A stretch of DNA of 64,000 bases from Takakia lepidozioides (lineage: Eukaryota; Plantae; Bryophyta), in contig CM060731.1 in NCBI GenBank assembly GCA_030704615.1, positions 45,570,001 to 45,634,000 of the forward strand, in the 5' to 3' direction. A model generated the notes under the pieces. The model saw nothing but the letters and a program-made list of their open reading frames with translations. It was not told the DNA's origin and searched no databases. Position 1 is the stretch's first letter, and each line of letters starts with the position of its first letter. The translations under genes and the position numbers were made by a program. Below, piece by piece: positions 47,201 to 59,800 of this stretch.

Positions 47201-50174
47201 CTATATGGGTTGATAACTCCAACCAGGCTTCTAGAATCCATTCAAGTGGGGGTGCTTAAGGAGTGTATGTCAGCATGCTCCAAAACAGCCAATGTGGCTG
47301 TTCGGGGTGAGTTTGGCATTCCGTCCTTAAGCTCCCGACGAGATGAATTCAAGGTCAGATGGTGGGGTCAGCTGCAACATATGTCCAACACCAGATATCC
47401 TAAGTTAATCGACTCTATATCTTGGAAACAGGACTGCCCTGTCAAACAGGCTAAGTCCTGGCAGAAGAGAGTAGAAGAGATCCTCAAGGACCTGGACCTG
47501 GATCCACAAGTCTTGACCCTGCTGGATAAATCTGACATAGAGGCTGTAGTGTCCTCAGCCATGTCTGTTGCCATGAGATTGTCTGATGAAAATGAAGTTA
47601 GGCAGAAAACTTCCCTGACTTGTTTCCAGTCTGTGACATGGGGGAGGACATCTTGGATGACCTCAAGGGTCTACCCACTCTCGGAACTAGACTGAAATTT
47701 AAACTCAGGGCAGGAAGCCTACCTTTGAACAGCAAACAGAAGCAGAGAGGAAAGGGAGAGTGCAATTGCCCGTTGTGTGGGCAATCTGAAGACAGTATTC
47801 ATTTTCTGATACACTGTCCGGGGTTCTCTCACCAAAGAGACGCTCTCTTCAAATCTATTAAGGGTATTGTGCCTGTAGCCCTGTTTACCAACTTTGAAAG
47901 TCTCGAGGAGAGCCAAAAGCCCAGGCCCTCCTGAGGCCTAGTTTTTGGGCAAATCACACACAGCAGATTGATGCTTGTGTGAAGGGATTTCTAGAGGATA
48001 TCTGGAAAACCCGGATTAATTCTATATATGGAGGTAAGTCTTACTACCAACGTCAGCCCCTGACAGAGGTAGGTTCTGTCCCTTTTGTTCCCGCTCAAAC
48101 TGGGCGCGGGGTCAATGGCCACAAGGCTACGGCAAACAACGTCTTATGAGTACAATCTCTCTCTGTCTAGTTCCCAAGTTTTCTTTGGATTTTGTAGTTT
48201 TACTCTTTGTTTTCTGTGGTTCTCCATCGTTCTACTTGTGTCCCTTGGGTCCAAAGGATGTAGTAAATTTCCCTCTATCTTCTTTCTTTCTGCTTGTCTC
48301 TCTTTTTGACAACATATTTCCAATGTTTCTGCCATCTTTAATCCACCTCTGAGGTCAACCTTACAGAGATGTCCGAAATGGCTCACCATCTGCAAGGATC
48401 TCTGGAGGACACAGGTGCAACGAACATAGGGACCTGAACAGCAGCTCTTAACTCCCTGCAATTCCACAAGGAGACTTTCCTCGTTGTCAGGGACAGCTGG
48501 CTAGAATCTGTGCTGTCTATAGCACCCAGGAAGTAGAGACCAGAGACAGATTACCATTTCTTGTTCTCCTGTCCTGCACAGTATTGGATCCGAAGCAGAT
48601 ACTATTGTCTCTTTAGATATTCCCAGTCTTTGGTAGAGGCCTTTACCTTTGAGGACCTAAAGTGCCCAGCAGCCTCCATGCCTGAGGCATTTCATCTTTG
48701 TGCATCATTGGATGTTTGCTGAAGATGGTTTTTCTATATTTTCCTACTGGCACTCAGGGCTCCCTTTGGAATTCTTTTTGGCACTCTATTTCTCTCTCTT
48801 TGAGAAATGCACCGGCCTCAACCAGGAAATCTAAACCAAAGAACACTTCTTCTTTTATTGCCCTCTATAATATGAGATCTGTGGGAGATTCAACTGTCTA
48901 TTGCGTTGAACCCAATCTCACTCAAGTTTTCCACTATGAGGATCAGAAATGCTTGGCAGCTTATCTGCATGAGGCCTTGATCCTGAAGCAATTCCTTGAG
49001 CAGTAGTTGCTTTTGGGCTCTTTTGGCCTCGGTTTTGTCTCTTCTTTCTTGTTTCTCCCTTTTGTCCCAGAAGCTCTTTGAGCTTTCCGCGGACATTATA
49101 AAGTTCCATTTCATGGCTCAAATCAGGTTAGCACTGTTTCTTCCTGGCAAGGTTGCTTGCTTATAGATCAAAGCAACAATGCTCCTAAAATGTAACTGTG
49201 TTTGGTTGCAGATTCGGGCAGGCACACAGCCTAGTCAGAGACTCGTTTTAAGGGGAAAAGGTAATATTTTTATTCCAGTTCCATGAAGATGAGATTTTCC
49301 TGTTTCTCACAGATGGCTTCATATTTTGGGCGGTGATACTGTATCGAGGTTATGAAGAGTTTTCCCGTACAACATCAAGCAAATTGATGGCCTGTGTTGG
49401 GAGGGTGGCTCTATGGTCTATGATGAAATTGAGGGCATGAACAGCAGTGCTGTCATGAACATTGCAGTTGTATGTCTATCCAATCCATACATCCAACATT
49501 TCCTGTGTCTGGATGCTCAACGGTGATGCACTAGCACTTATTAGCAGTTCTGGCAGAGTTAGCACCCCAGGGGACTATTGCCTGTGTAGATCATAACCTA
49601 CAATTGCAGGCAACAGTCAATAAGTGTATTTATTCTTGGTTTGATGAGACATTGCAAAGGCTGTCACACTGTAGTGGATATGCATCCCCTGGCATGGAAA
49701 TTGGCAGTTGTCTAACAGAGTGATGGCTACTCCACTGTCCAAACTTCTCTTAGATCTGTCAAACTATTTGGAAATGTCTGACAAATTTTTGCTACAGGTA
49801 TCAAACTGCTCAACTCAAAGCAGTACGGTGATCAGTACGTGCATGTTACCGTTAACATCCCTAAGTATGTTATCACCAGTTTCCTGCCTGTTTTGTTGGC
49901 CTCTAGTTTGTGAGATTTCTATAGCTCTGCTATTCTGACTAGGATTGCTGAAGTCAGTTGTCTTGTAACATCATTTCTGTCCCTGAAAACATCCTTCAAC
50001 TTCTTTGAGCAGTCGCTATCCTGTGCTGGTCTTGGCTTCTCTTTCTAGGGTTATTGAAGATCTTATTGGTGGTGAATATGCAGAAATATTAGTGAACGGC
50101 AGCGAAGGTTGATGGAAGAGTTTTCTAAGGAGGACAGCGGGGAAGTCGAAAATGCTGCTGAAGGTACTGGATAA
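41236..50174 (+). CDS. Type I DnaJ chaperone, mitochondrial GFA2-like, multi-exon
   Basis: Exons (approximate): 41236-41328 (transit-like MRRVLWRRSL), 42938-43026 (KDLYDTLGVSKGAS), 43189-43272 (HHPD), 43633-43671, 43984-44124 (G/F-rich), 44417-44467, 44599-44686, 44875-44939, 45146-45217, 45814-45886 (four CxxCxGxG across these), 46071-46162, 46538-46609, 46794-46850, 49212-49260, 49798-49864, 50084-50174. Exons between 41.3 and 42.9 kb are unresolved. Confidence 0.92.
46966..48155 (+). mobile_element. 5'-truncated non-LTR retrotransposon (LINE; RT C-terminus + CCHC finger, RTEX/CR1-L2-like) in a DnaJ intron
   Basis: YTYLGVEF..WDAHI; VIRPALEYGSAIW; AVRGEFG; CPLCGQSEDSIHFLIHC; frameshifted. 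16-bp TSD TCTCTCTCTGTCTAGT at 46950-46965 and 48156-48171. Confidence 0.92.
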
Positions 50175-50994
50175 AATTCAGCTTTCCCTGGGTACATGTA
50201 GCCAATGGAGTTACTTGCAGCAAGGACCAACGTAGCTTTTAATCTACCACAGTGAATTGGGCCTGCCTCCCTATGTGCATATCTTCAGGGTAAGTGATGT
50301 GCTCCTTCAACATGCCGTTTGTCAAGTAAAACATCTTTATGATGGATACCAATGCACCACAATGTACTTTCTGGGTGTCCATTATAAAAGGTTGATTATG
50401 CAATATTAGCAGGCTTGAGTTATTCTAGTCTGTATTTCACCTCAACCCCACATGTTCATGGCATTCCTACCTCTTTCTCTTTGGCTGTTGACTGGGCCTG
50501 TAGTCATGCTCCTCTCAATCTGTAAACACTTAATTGCGTGTTAGTTTCTATCATCACACTCATCTTCTTTACACCAGTAAGTCCTAAACTCGTATGTGCA
50601 GTCATAGCAAAGATGGACAGTAATTTGTTTGTCCCAGTGGTGGAGAAGCTATGTTTGGTAGTCATGCTTCGGCAACTTCTGAGGAAATTCTGTTTGATGC
50701 TCTACTTGCGAAGTACCCCATTCATACAGCTCTGACAGACTTATAACTGCATACTATCCAAACTGTGGGAAATATATACAGGTACACAGAGTTATTTGGC
50801 TAGCCAATTGTTCATCTAGCTACTTGGTATGAGGCAGGCATGCTTAGATTTAGGAGAGCTGATAAGAGGGAGAAATTTTGCTGTATGTTTGTAGATATGA
50901 ACGTAGGTAGGAGGTTTTGTTTTTCAAGACACCTGACTCAGCAGTGATGTCAATTACACCCTCTACGCTATTCTTTGGCTACTGCTGTCTACAA

Positions 50995-51155
50995 GTGACA
51001 ATCACAGGATATATACAGCAGGGGCGTGGGATGGAAGCTTTGGAGATCTATGAGCAAATGATAATGGAAGGGGTGAAGACCAACCTGATCACGATCATTT
51101 GCATTTGCCATGCATGTGCGAGCCTGGCAGCCCTAAAGAGGTCCATGGCATACTG
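50995..51155 (+). pseudogene. Isolated PPR P-L motif fragment of the PPR-B/C family
   Basis: [45 protein letters not shown]. Confidence 0.8.
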
Positions 51156-54100
51156 GTAGCTGCGGTCACACAAGCATGTGTCACCCTAACCAAGATCACC
51201 AACCTTCACATACCCTTGCCATCATTCCTTAAGATAGAATTGGAACCAGATGCAGTCATCACATATATGGTTCCATTCTTCCCAGGGACGCCAAAATTAC
51301 ATCACAGAAAGAGGCACCCTGCTCTGAGTTAAACTTCAGCATGTAGGCACTCTGGTTCAAATCTCATGATGGCTCTGGAAGATGCTGACATGCGCAACAG
51401 CTGCATGTTTAGTATGGAGAGATCATGAATGGAGAAGCTCATGGGAAAGACTATGTGACTTTGACCAACGCTTACTCAGAACTATTTTGACATGGAGGCC
51501 AGTGCTAGATTCTAGTATATACCTTCACAAATTTCAAAAAAATCTTATCTGGTTGGTCATTGGGTACCAAACTTCTTGTTCTCAAACCTCAGTCGCGAGC
51601 AACTATTGTGGTATTTCAAAACTGCATTATGATTAAGTATATGCAAAAAATTATGCCTCAAGCTGATTCACAACTTAGTTTGACTGTAACCAGCGCCGTG
51701 CGGCTCAGGGTTGCTGCCTACACTGGGCGAGATCACTATCCATAGAAAGAACAGATAATTCATGTGAAGCACTCCTCTGTGGGCTACTAGTTCACACGAT
51801 TATTGAACATGAACTTCGTGACTGGATAGATCCACCGAATAAGGTAGGCTGTCCTATCACCAAAACTGGTCCTTACACCAACACCCATGAATGAGGGGCT
51901 GTAGCGTACAAAGGAGGGACTAATGTTTGTGTCAGACTAACAGTAAGTTTATCAACCTGGCAGTAAGTTCCTCAACCTGCTTGTGCAATTCAACACTATT
52001 CCAAAAGTGTCTGGATATGCTTCAATCTCTCCTGATACTGCAGTGGGATTGGAAAAAGGTCCACTCCAGTTGTATGCGGGCCATCAAATAAGGCTGACAG
52101 AGGTTAAATAGGCATTTGGGTGTAGTTAGTATTATCCCCTACATCAACTATGAGCAACTGAACATGATTAATATCCACAGCCAGCTTCTTCACCCCTGCA
52201 CAATAGTATGTTAAACCAACAATAGAAGCTTGTTTAAAAACTCAAATTGGAGTGTAAGATAAAGTTTAATAACATAGTAGCTGACCGCGCTCAAATTTTA
52301 CTTGCTTAGCTAGTACAGCATCTATCCAGTCCAGACCCCAGAAATTACATTCTGTAAAGCTCTTTCATAGACAGCGGCAGACAAAGACTCCACATTGTGC
52401 CTGTCAGAAACAGCAGTTACAAAGTTCATCTTAGGTATTGACAATTGAAGTTCCTTCAAGTAGACATTCACAACCTGTTAACTACCACTTACTAGATGGC
52501 AGCCTACCGTGGGTATATAGAAATGGAATGAGTTCAACAAGCAGCCCGGGGAAAGAATTATGACAAACTGTATGGGAGAGGAAACCTGCACTTGACATGA
52601 GCCAATCAGTGTCCCGAAGTTCCTTTGAACTGAATGGGATATTGAAGCTGTAAACTCAGGATTTTGGGCACTGAAAATCTGGTTGACTGCCTGCACCAAA
52701 TGAGATGTTTGCAGGGCCCACCAAGAGGTTCAAGGTTGTTTTGATATCCTTGAAGCGCAAGGCTTGGGACATACTGCATAATGAAATCTCAGCATGTGCA
52801 GAGACACTTGTTATGTGTTCTTGAGCTGTATAGGTACACATGGTATTGAGGTTGCAAAAAGTATCTTAAAGGTGCTGATATTCAAAAGCTGAACGCCGGC
52901 CCATCTGGAGTTAACCCACCTCTTGCACCATCAATCGACCACCTCCCATACTCCTAAGCTCCAGAAGAATCCATGTTTGAAATGATCTGCAACTTCACAG
53001 GACAGACATCACCAGCTATTTGTACTCCATAATATTAGGCAAAGCCCTGCATTGATTTGGGGTTTGTTATATAAGAGACATGAACCTTCCCCATGGTTGG
53101 TGTTTGAAGAATGAGAAGGGGTATGTAACCCCATGGTTCCTTTCATAAAAACAGAGCTCGTGGCTCCTTGTGTAGAAAGCATCATCAGTGCAAATGCTAG
53201 AGCTGATGATGGAAAAGGGTGGTGAAGGTGTATGGCATACCTTGCTAGAGAAGTCAATGAGATGTGACTACCGGGAATGTGTGAAGTCATCCACATTCGT
53301 GGAGGTGTTGCCGGGCAATGCCACATAGTGTCCACCCCAATAGCTATATGTTTCCATGCCGTTGGTCTCTCCACAGTATTTTCCTGTACCCACGGAAATT
53401 TGTGAATCGTATCAGAGGACCAGAGTACTCCGAGAACAGAATTTCTCATCACACAGAAATATCTGTGTGAATGAAATGACATAAACCCGCTTGTTTTGCT
53501 TAAACTCTGCTTTGCTCCTCACTGTAACCCATGACCCACTATAAGCCGCAGCATCAGGAAGTTCAGACACCATGTCGCTGCTGAAGAAATATCCATTTTC
53601 TGATACAAAGTCCGGCATGTTCTCATCACAAACTGACCCTCTTCAGGACCATCAACAACATAGTCCCTGCACCTCCGTTCAGCAAATCTTGAGGCTGAGC
53701 CTAAAGCCCGAGCCCTGTTGATTCCTAGTTGCTGGGCAACTCAAACAAAGCAAATTGTGTGACAGGCTTTCTAGGGGAAATCTGGGAAGCCCAACTATTA
53801 AGAGGTACTTTGACCTATGGAGGCTAGAAGCGAATGTGTACCAGGGCTGTTATCACTTCAAACTCCTGGCCAGCCATGAGCAGTTTGAAGCCATCCACTC
53901 AACACACTTGTCACTGGCTGCCAACCGAACAAGTGAGTCAGAAAATGCATACTGTTGGACTCATGCAAATGGGAACAGCACTAACTACCACAGGCTGCCA
54001 CTTAAATATCCCATTGCCTATTGGAGCTCCCATGTAGCACACCTTTACCCATGCATCAAATGGTTTTCTCACGCACAATGATGACAGCCTCTGGGTTGTG

Positions 54101-54468
54101 TTGTCTCACAGTCAGCAGTCCTGAGTGCCATCTTACTCTTATTAATGTCCCAAGCCAGAACCAAGAGTAAACACAGTGCAGAGATAGTGACTCCAAACTT
54201 GGATTTGAAAAGCAATGAACAGAAGAGAGTGGACTTAACCTTGTGAGGTGAAGTGTCAGGACTTTATCATATATAGCAGTGACTAGCTGCTACCACTCCC
54301 CACTGCTGAATATGTACACACATGATCACAACACATGCATATGTCTTTAGAAGTATCCTTGCACAGAGTTTCTGATTAACTTCCGGGGATACAGATGTTA
54401 CTTGCCAGTTTTGATTCTACTTCCAGCCATCCCTTCATCAGGACCAACCTGTACTTAAGAGGTGGCTG

Positions 54469-54692
54469 GGTATCTCCAGACCCCCAGAAGCTGGGCTCAC
54501 TACACAATGTAAACCCTCCAGTATATCCACAGCATGACCAAATGTCCCTGGGCGATCACCTCAGGACAACCTGTACTTCATAGGTGACTGGTTATCTCCA
54601 GACTCCAGACCGCCAGAAGCTGGGCTCACTACACAAGGTAAACCCTCCAGTATATCTGGATTTGTCCACAGCATGACCAAATGTCCCTGGGC
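54469..54692 (+). repeat. Direct duplication of ~85-100 bp
   Basis: tatctccaga..ccagaagctgggctcactacacaa.gtaaaccctccagtatatc..cacagcatgaccaaatgtccctggg occurs twice. Confidence 0.85.
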
Positions 54693-55279
54693 CATGTGCT
54701 CAGAGATGTAACACTACAACAATTTACCGTAACTTGGGATTCAGAATATTGGGAAAATCACCTCAGGCTCCACATCATGCTTTGCACTGTAATTAGCAAT
54801 TGCAAGTGGACTACAAAGCTACATGATTCCAGCTCTTTCTGCAGGAGAATCTACATGAGGGACCATGTAGCAAAGTTCCCATGTCCCTCTAGCTGACCTC
54901 ATGAGGTCTAATCAAATTCAAGAACACCATATGGACAAGAAACAATGCACCTACTGAGCGGTAAGGAGGCCACCATTCCTTGTTGTCTTCACATGTCCTT
55001 AGAAGCAACAAGAAACTGCTACCATTTTGCACACCATTCCACCACAATTTTGCCAAATATGCACAGCAACATTTGGTCATGACTCAAGCGTTGCCTTCCC
55101 ACAGGAGTCATGGCCCACATTCTGCTCACTTCCCACCCTCCCCCTCCCCCTTTCTAAAACTGAACCCAAGTGACCATGCTTAGCAACGTTGTTAAAGGCC
55201 TACCTTGGAGTAAGCATCTGCAGTGTGGCATGCCAACTCCAACCATGCCAAAATTTTAGAATCCATTCAACTTTCCACT

Positions 55280-56520
55280 CGTGCCGGGCATACCCTGCAA
55301 TTATCCCATTCCATGACACCACAATAATCAGCTTGTCACTGTGGTGGCAAAAAACAAATTCCTTTTGCTACTCCCCCATATCATGTAATAAAAAACGCGT
55401 GTCAGGCACATACCCAGCTTCCTTCATCTGCCCAGACAATTTTCCTCGGCTCAGCATGGATTGCCACAATTTTTGTCATCTACAACGAGGGAGTGCATCC
55501 TGTTGGCAACCTCAATGCAGCGGCGACCTGGGTCCTAACACCTCTGAGTTGTATCGTTTTTCTAACCTTTGCAGTATCGTCCCACCTGCCAAGTGTTCAT
55601 CCCACTTGAGATTAGATGTTGCTTGCTCATAAGCCTCCAAGGCCTTCATCCCGCACCCATGCTGTGATGAATGCATTCCAGGACACCACATCTTGTTCGG
55701 CCATATTGTCGAACACTCCCTTTGCATCCTTTGATGCACCCACATTCGGCATCCATGTTCATCAGGGCAGTGTTCAGGATGACATCTGGTACAACTCCAG
55801 CTTTGACAATGTCACCGTGGACCATGGACCTCCTTGCCCTCTTCCAGGGCTGCCAAGCTCATACCCGCATAGCAAACACACATGAACGTGAGATTCCTTC
55901 CAATTGTTGTTGGGCCTCCATATGACAACCATGCTGGCCATATCCTGCGAGCACTGTGTTACAGAACACCATGTCTAGTTCGGCCATATTGTCCAACAGT
56001 CCCTTTGCATCATTGATGAACCCACATTTCACATACATGTCCACCAGGGTAGGTGTTCAGAATGACATCTGGTACAATTCCAGCTTTGATGATGTCACCA
56101 TAGACCTCTTGCCATTTGCAGGGTTGCCAGGCTTGTACACACATTTGCACAAATGCAAATGAATGTGATGTGGTTGGGGCTTCACCCCTTCCTGCAACAT
56201 TTGCTCAATGGTGTCCAAAGTCTCGATCCAACCCCCATGCCGCCCATATCATGTAATCATGGCACCCCCAAGACACCACATCTTGTTCGGCCATATTCTT
56301 GATGCACCCACATTTGGCACAAGGGCTGTGTTCAGAATAATAAATTTTACAATTCCAGCTTTGAGGATGTCACCAAGAACCTATTTTCCCTTTCCCAGGG
56401 CTGCCAGGTTCGCAGCAAACATACGTGTTGTGGTTGGGACTCACCCCTTCCCGCATCATTTGCTCATATCTGTCCAAAAGCATTCCTCCAACACCTACGC
56501 TTGGTAAATCCTGCCAACAT
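55280..56520 (-). pseudogene. Heavily decayed PLS-PPR-(E/DYW) gene of the PPR-B/C family
   Basis: Reverse-strand remnants: AGFTK..; DMYVKCGFINDAKGLLDNMAELDMV; LKWDE; PGRRCIEV; [12 protein letters not shown]; CHHSDKL. Many indels. Confidence 0.85.
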
Positions 56521-56853
56521 TGTATTCCACATGAATATAACCCACATTCTATTCCTGCTCTTGTGGATGCAATGACATTACTCCGCTTGCTTTGCTTGAC
56601 CTCTCCTTTGCTTCGCAGCTCAGTAATTGCCCTCAAGTTGAATCTCTTAGGGTCTGAACTCCTGCGAAAAGAACAGAAATGAAAAGAAAAGAAACTCCTC
56701 AAGAGTGTCGCCAGCCAACATGGTTTCCTCCCAAGAACCTGGATAACTGATGGCGTGTTGTTTGTATAAGACAAACATGCTTGTGAATGTGCATATCATT
56801 TGCCTCCAAGGAAATCGAAGTGGAAGTGGTAGTTATAAAGTATGGAGAATGTT

Positions 56854-59800
56854 CTAGCATTCCAACTTTGACAAGGAATGGGTCATTGCTGATACGTGCA
56901 GGCAGGATGAGGGAACATCATTGCTGATACTTGCGAGTTGGCCAAGGGACAAGATCTGGCCAACATGGGACCCCAAAGGATGACCCTGCCACCCACGGGT
57001 TTCAAGCAGGTCATTCATGAATCGCACTGGACTTTTAAGGAAGGCACATGTAGCCATGGAGCTTGAATTCAACAAGGATCTGCGTCTTGCTGGCAGAACA
57101 AATCCATCTTGCTGGATGTGACCCTGCTGGAATGCATCATCTTGTGCTTTGCTTCTAGGACGTGGACACAGACCTAAAAAGCTGCAATAAGCAAGCTGCT
57201 CACCGTTGTTTGCAAAGAAAACGCTCCCTGAAAAGGCAAGCAGCTGGGCAACAAGCAGGGGTTCATCCAGTGTACAAGATTGCATGCTTTTTGGGTGAGG
57301 CAGCATCAGCGCAGGATCGAACAACATCAAGTCCTGTCCCGGACGAACACGAGGTGCTACCATGTGGAGGCGCGCACCTCTGCCAAGCCGGAACATAGGT
57401 AGCAACAAATTGACCTCAAAGGGGCTCAAAAGGACAATTGCCTGACACTCTCCCACAATGGCGACCCAGGCCACTGGACGCAAAAAATCACCTCCAGTTG
57501 ACTCACTTGTATCATCCAAGACGGTCACGAAATCCCGAGTCACAAAGATCTTGTCGCTCCAGGCTCCAGATTCCGCCCGTTTCCACAACAATGTGCATTC
57601 TAGTGCTTCCAGCAAGGGTAGGAAATCACTGCTTGAAGAGGGGTCAAAATATCCATCTGTTGCTAGCCGGCGAACATGTGGGGAAAGGAATGGTTGGTGC
57701 GGTGTGGCCTCACCTGGCCGGTAAATCTCTCTCTCTTCCTCCAGATCCTGCTCCAGCTCCCGTTCTTGCTCTTCATCCAGCACCTGTGCAAAGCATTCCA
57801 CAGCTCCACCATATTGATCAATCCTCTTGATGATATCGTGTCCCAGGCGGAGGACGGTACTGTGGGCTTCAAAGCCAGAGCCAAAACATTCTTGCAGACT
57901 TTTAGCAACACTCTCAAGCTGACTCCTAGTTACTGTTGGCAGTGGCAAGACTGTCCTTTCACCACCATAGAAATCGGAAAGCATGGTCACTTCATTCTCT
58001 GCGCTGAGATGTCCCAAAAGCTGCAGAGAGGAATCCCCAGAAATCTGCTCGGTGTACAAGCTGTTTACAGCTTGCTTGCGGCAATGAGAGAGGCCCTGAG
58101 AGCCCCAGAACCTCAAACCTTCTTTTATAGTTTTCACGCTGTTCTGTGTAGCCCAGTAGAGCACATCTGCGCTTGTGAGTTTGCACTCATTTGGACTAGG
58201 TGGAAGAAGGGACAAAATGGATTTGTGCACTTCTTGTGATGCCCAGAAGCTGACGGACTGACCCTCGCCCAGCATGCGCATCCTCATGCAAGCCTGCACC
58301 AGACGGTCTTTGGTAATTCCACTCCCCAGAGTCACACATGCATGATAGTTACGAGGCATTTTCAAATCCGTCCCTCGAGTGTGCACATCGTCAAGGTAGA
58401 CAATGCAATGCTGCATCTTTTGGTGATAGGGAGAAAGCGGCAGTGGCGATCGTTGCCCTTCCCGATTGATCGTCATGATCTGGTCATCATCAAAGTAGAT
58501 TGCAGCTTCAATTGTTGATTCATCAACAAGCATCCTGAGCCACATGCCTGCAACTTCCTGGTTGCTCCATTCGACCATCAGCGCCCCCACATCAAGGAGG
58601 ACCCGAGAGTTTGATGCAACAACTTTCTGAAGAATTTCTGAGCTGCTCACGCAAGGTTGCAAGCTGGAGTAACAAGAATTCTCCTCTCGTAAAAGGTTCT
58701 CAATTACTGCACCATCAGTCCCCTGCAGCTCATCCATGTCATGCTGCCTTATGGAGGCCGGCAGAAGAAGATTGGTGTCCTTTGTGCCACTGAACCCAGT
58801 CACAGGACGCCCCTCAGCAGAATGACAACACAAATCCCATGCAGACGCCACAAGTTTCTTCTCGAATTGCTTGGATTCGGTTGGGAAAACCGCATTCGCC
58901 AGCCAAAAATCAATTACTCGCATGTTCTTACGCAAAATAGGGTTCAACTTTTCATTGGTTTGCACAGAGTCATTGAGATTGATGCCAGAGAGTGTGCGGA
59001 TCGACGAGGGCACAAGTTCTGCAGGCAGGCCTTCCAGCCATCGACTGTACTCGAACTCTGAATTTGATGATTGCATGAGCCGAGCAAATGCATCCAGGAG
59101 CATCTCGTCACTGAGACCACTGTTGTAATAAGTGAGCTGGGTCAGCATGATGGCAACATCTGGATGACCAAATTCGGCTCGTTCAACAGGCCTATCTTTG
59201 GCCCTAAACGGAACGGCCATCTTTGTTTGGCCAAAAGGTCGCACTCCAAACTGGACACGCCACCGAAAGCGGAGAGCATACAGGAGCACCCCATAACAAA
59301 GAAGGCCTCGCAAAATGAGGACTGTGTTCAGAGTCTGTTCATCTGATAGAATCTCATGAATACGTGCTAGTGAGACTGGGACATGGGTATTGGAACAGGG
59401 CAGGATGAATTCCCGTATGGTGCAGGTGTCAACCTGCCGGAGCTCACGCAGCGGTAAAGAGTCGTCCCTTCCAGCCAGAATGTCATCAGCAATCATTTCA
59501 CACAGCACCACATTTGCCTCTTCCTTCAGCAAGCGCACATGAGGAAACACAAATGAACCCTCGCTGGCTGCTTCGTACTCAATGGCATCCACACCAAATT
59601 GACCTCTAATATCCACAAAATGCCGGCAGGCACTTCTTAGAACACTTTGTGAGACTACCCAACGTAGAGAGCCACCATCAATGGTTTTCTGTTCCCCAAT
59701 TGTGTACACCAGTTGATACTTGACGTGGAGAATCCAATCTGACTCGTCGAGAACATCTCGTGCACTGCTGTTGACCCAGTTCTGCACATTGCGAAATTCA

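Noticed and set aside
48200-49120. Lys/Glu-rich antisense ORF fragments in the DnaJ intron
   Set aside because: Many stops and no recognisable motif; possibly an old insertion, but unsupported.
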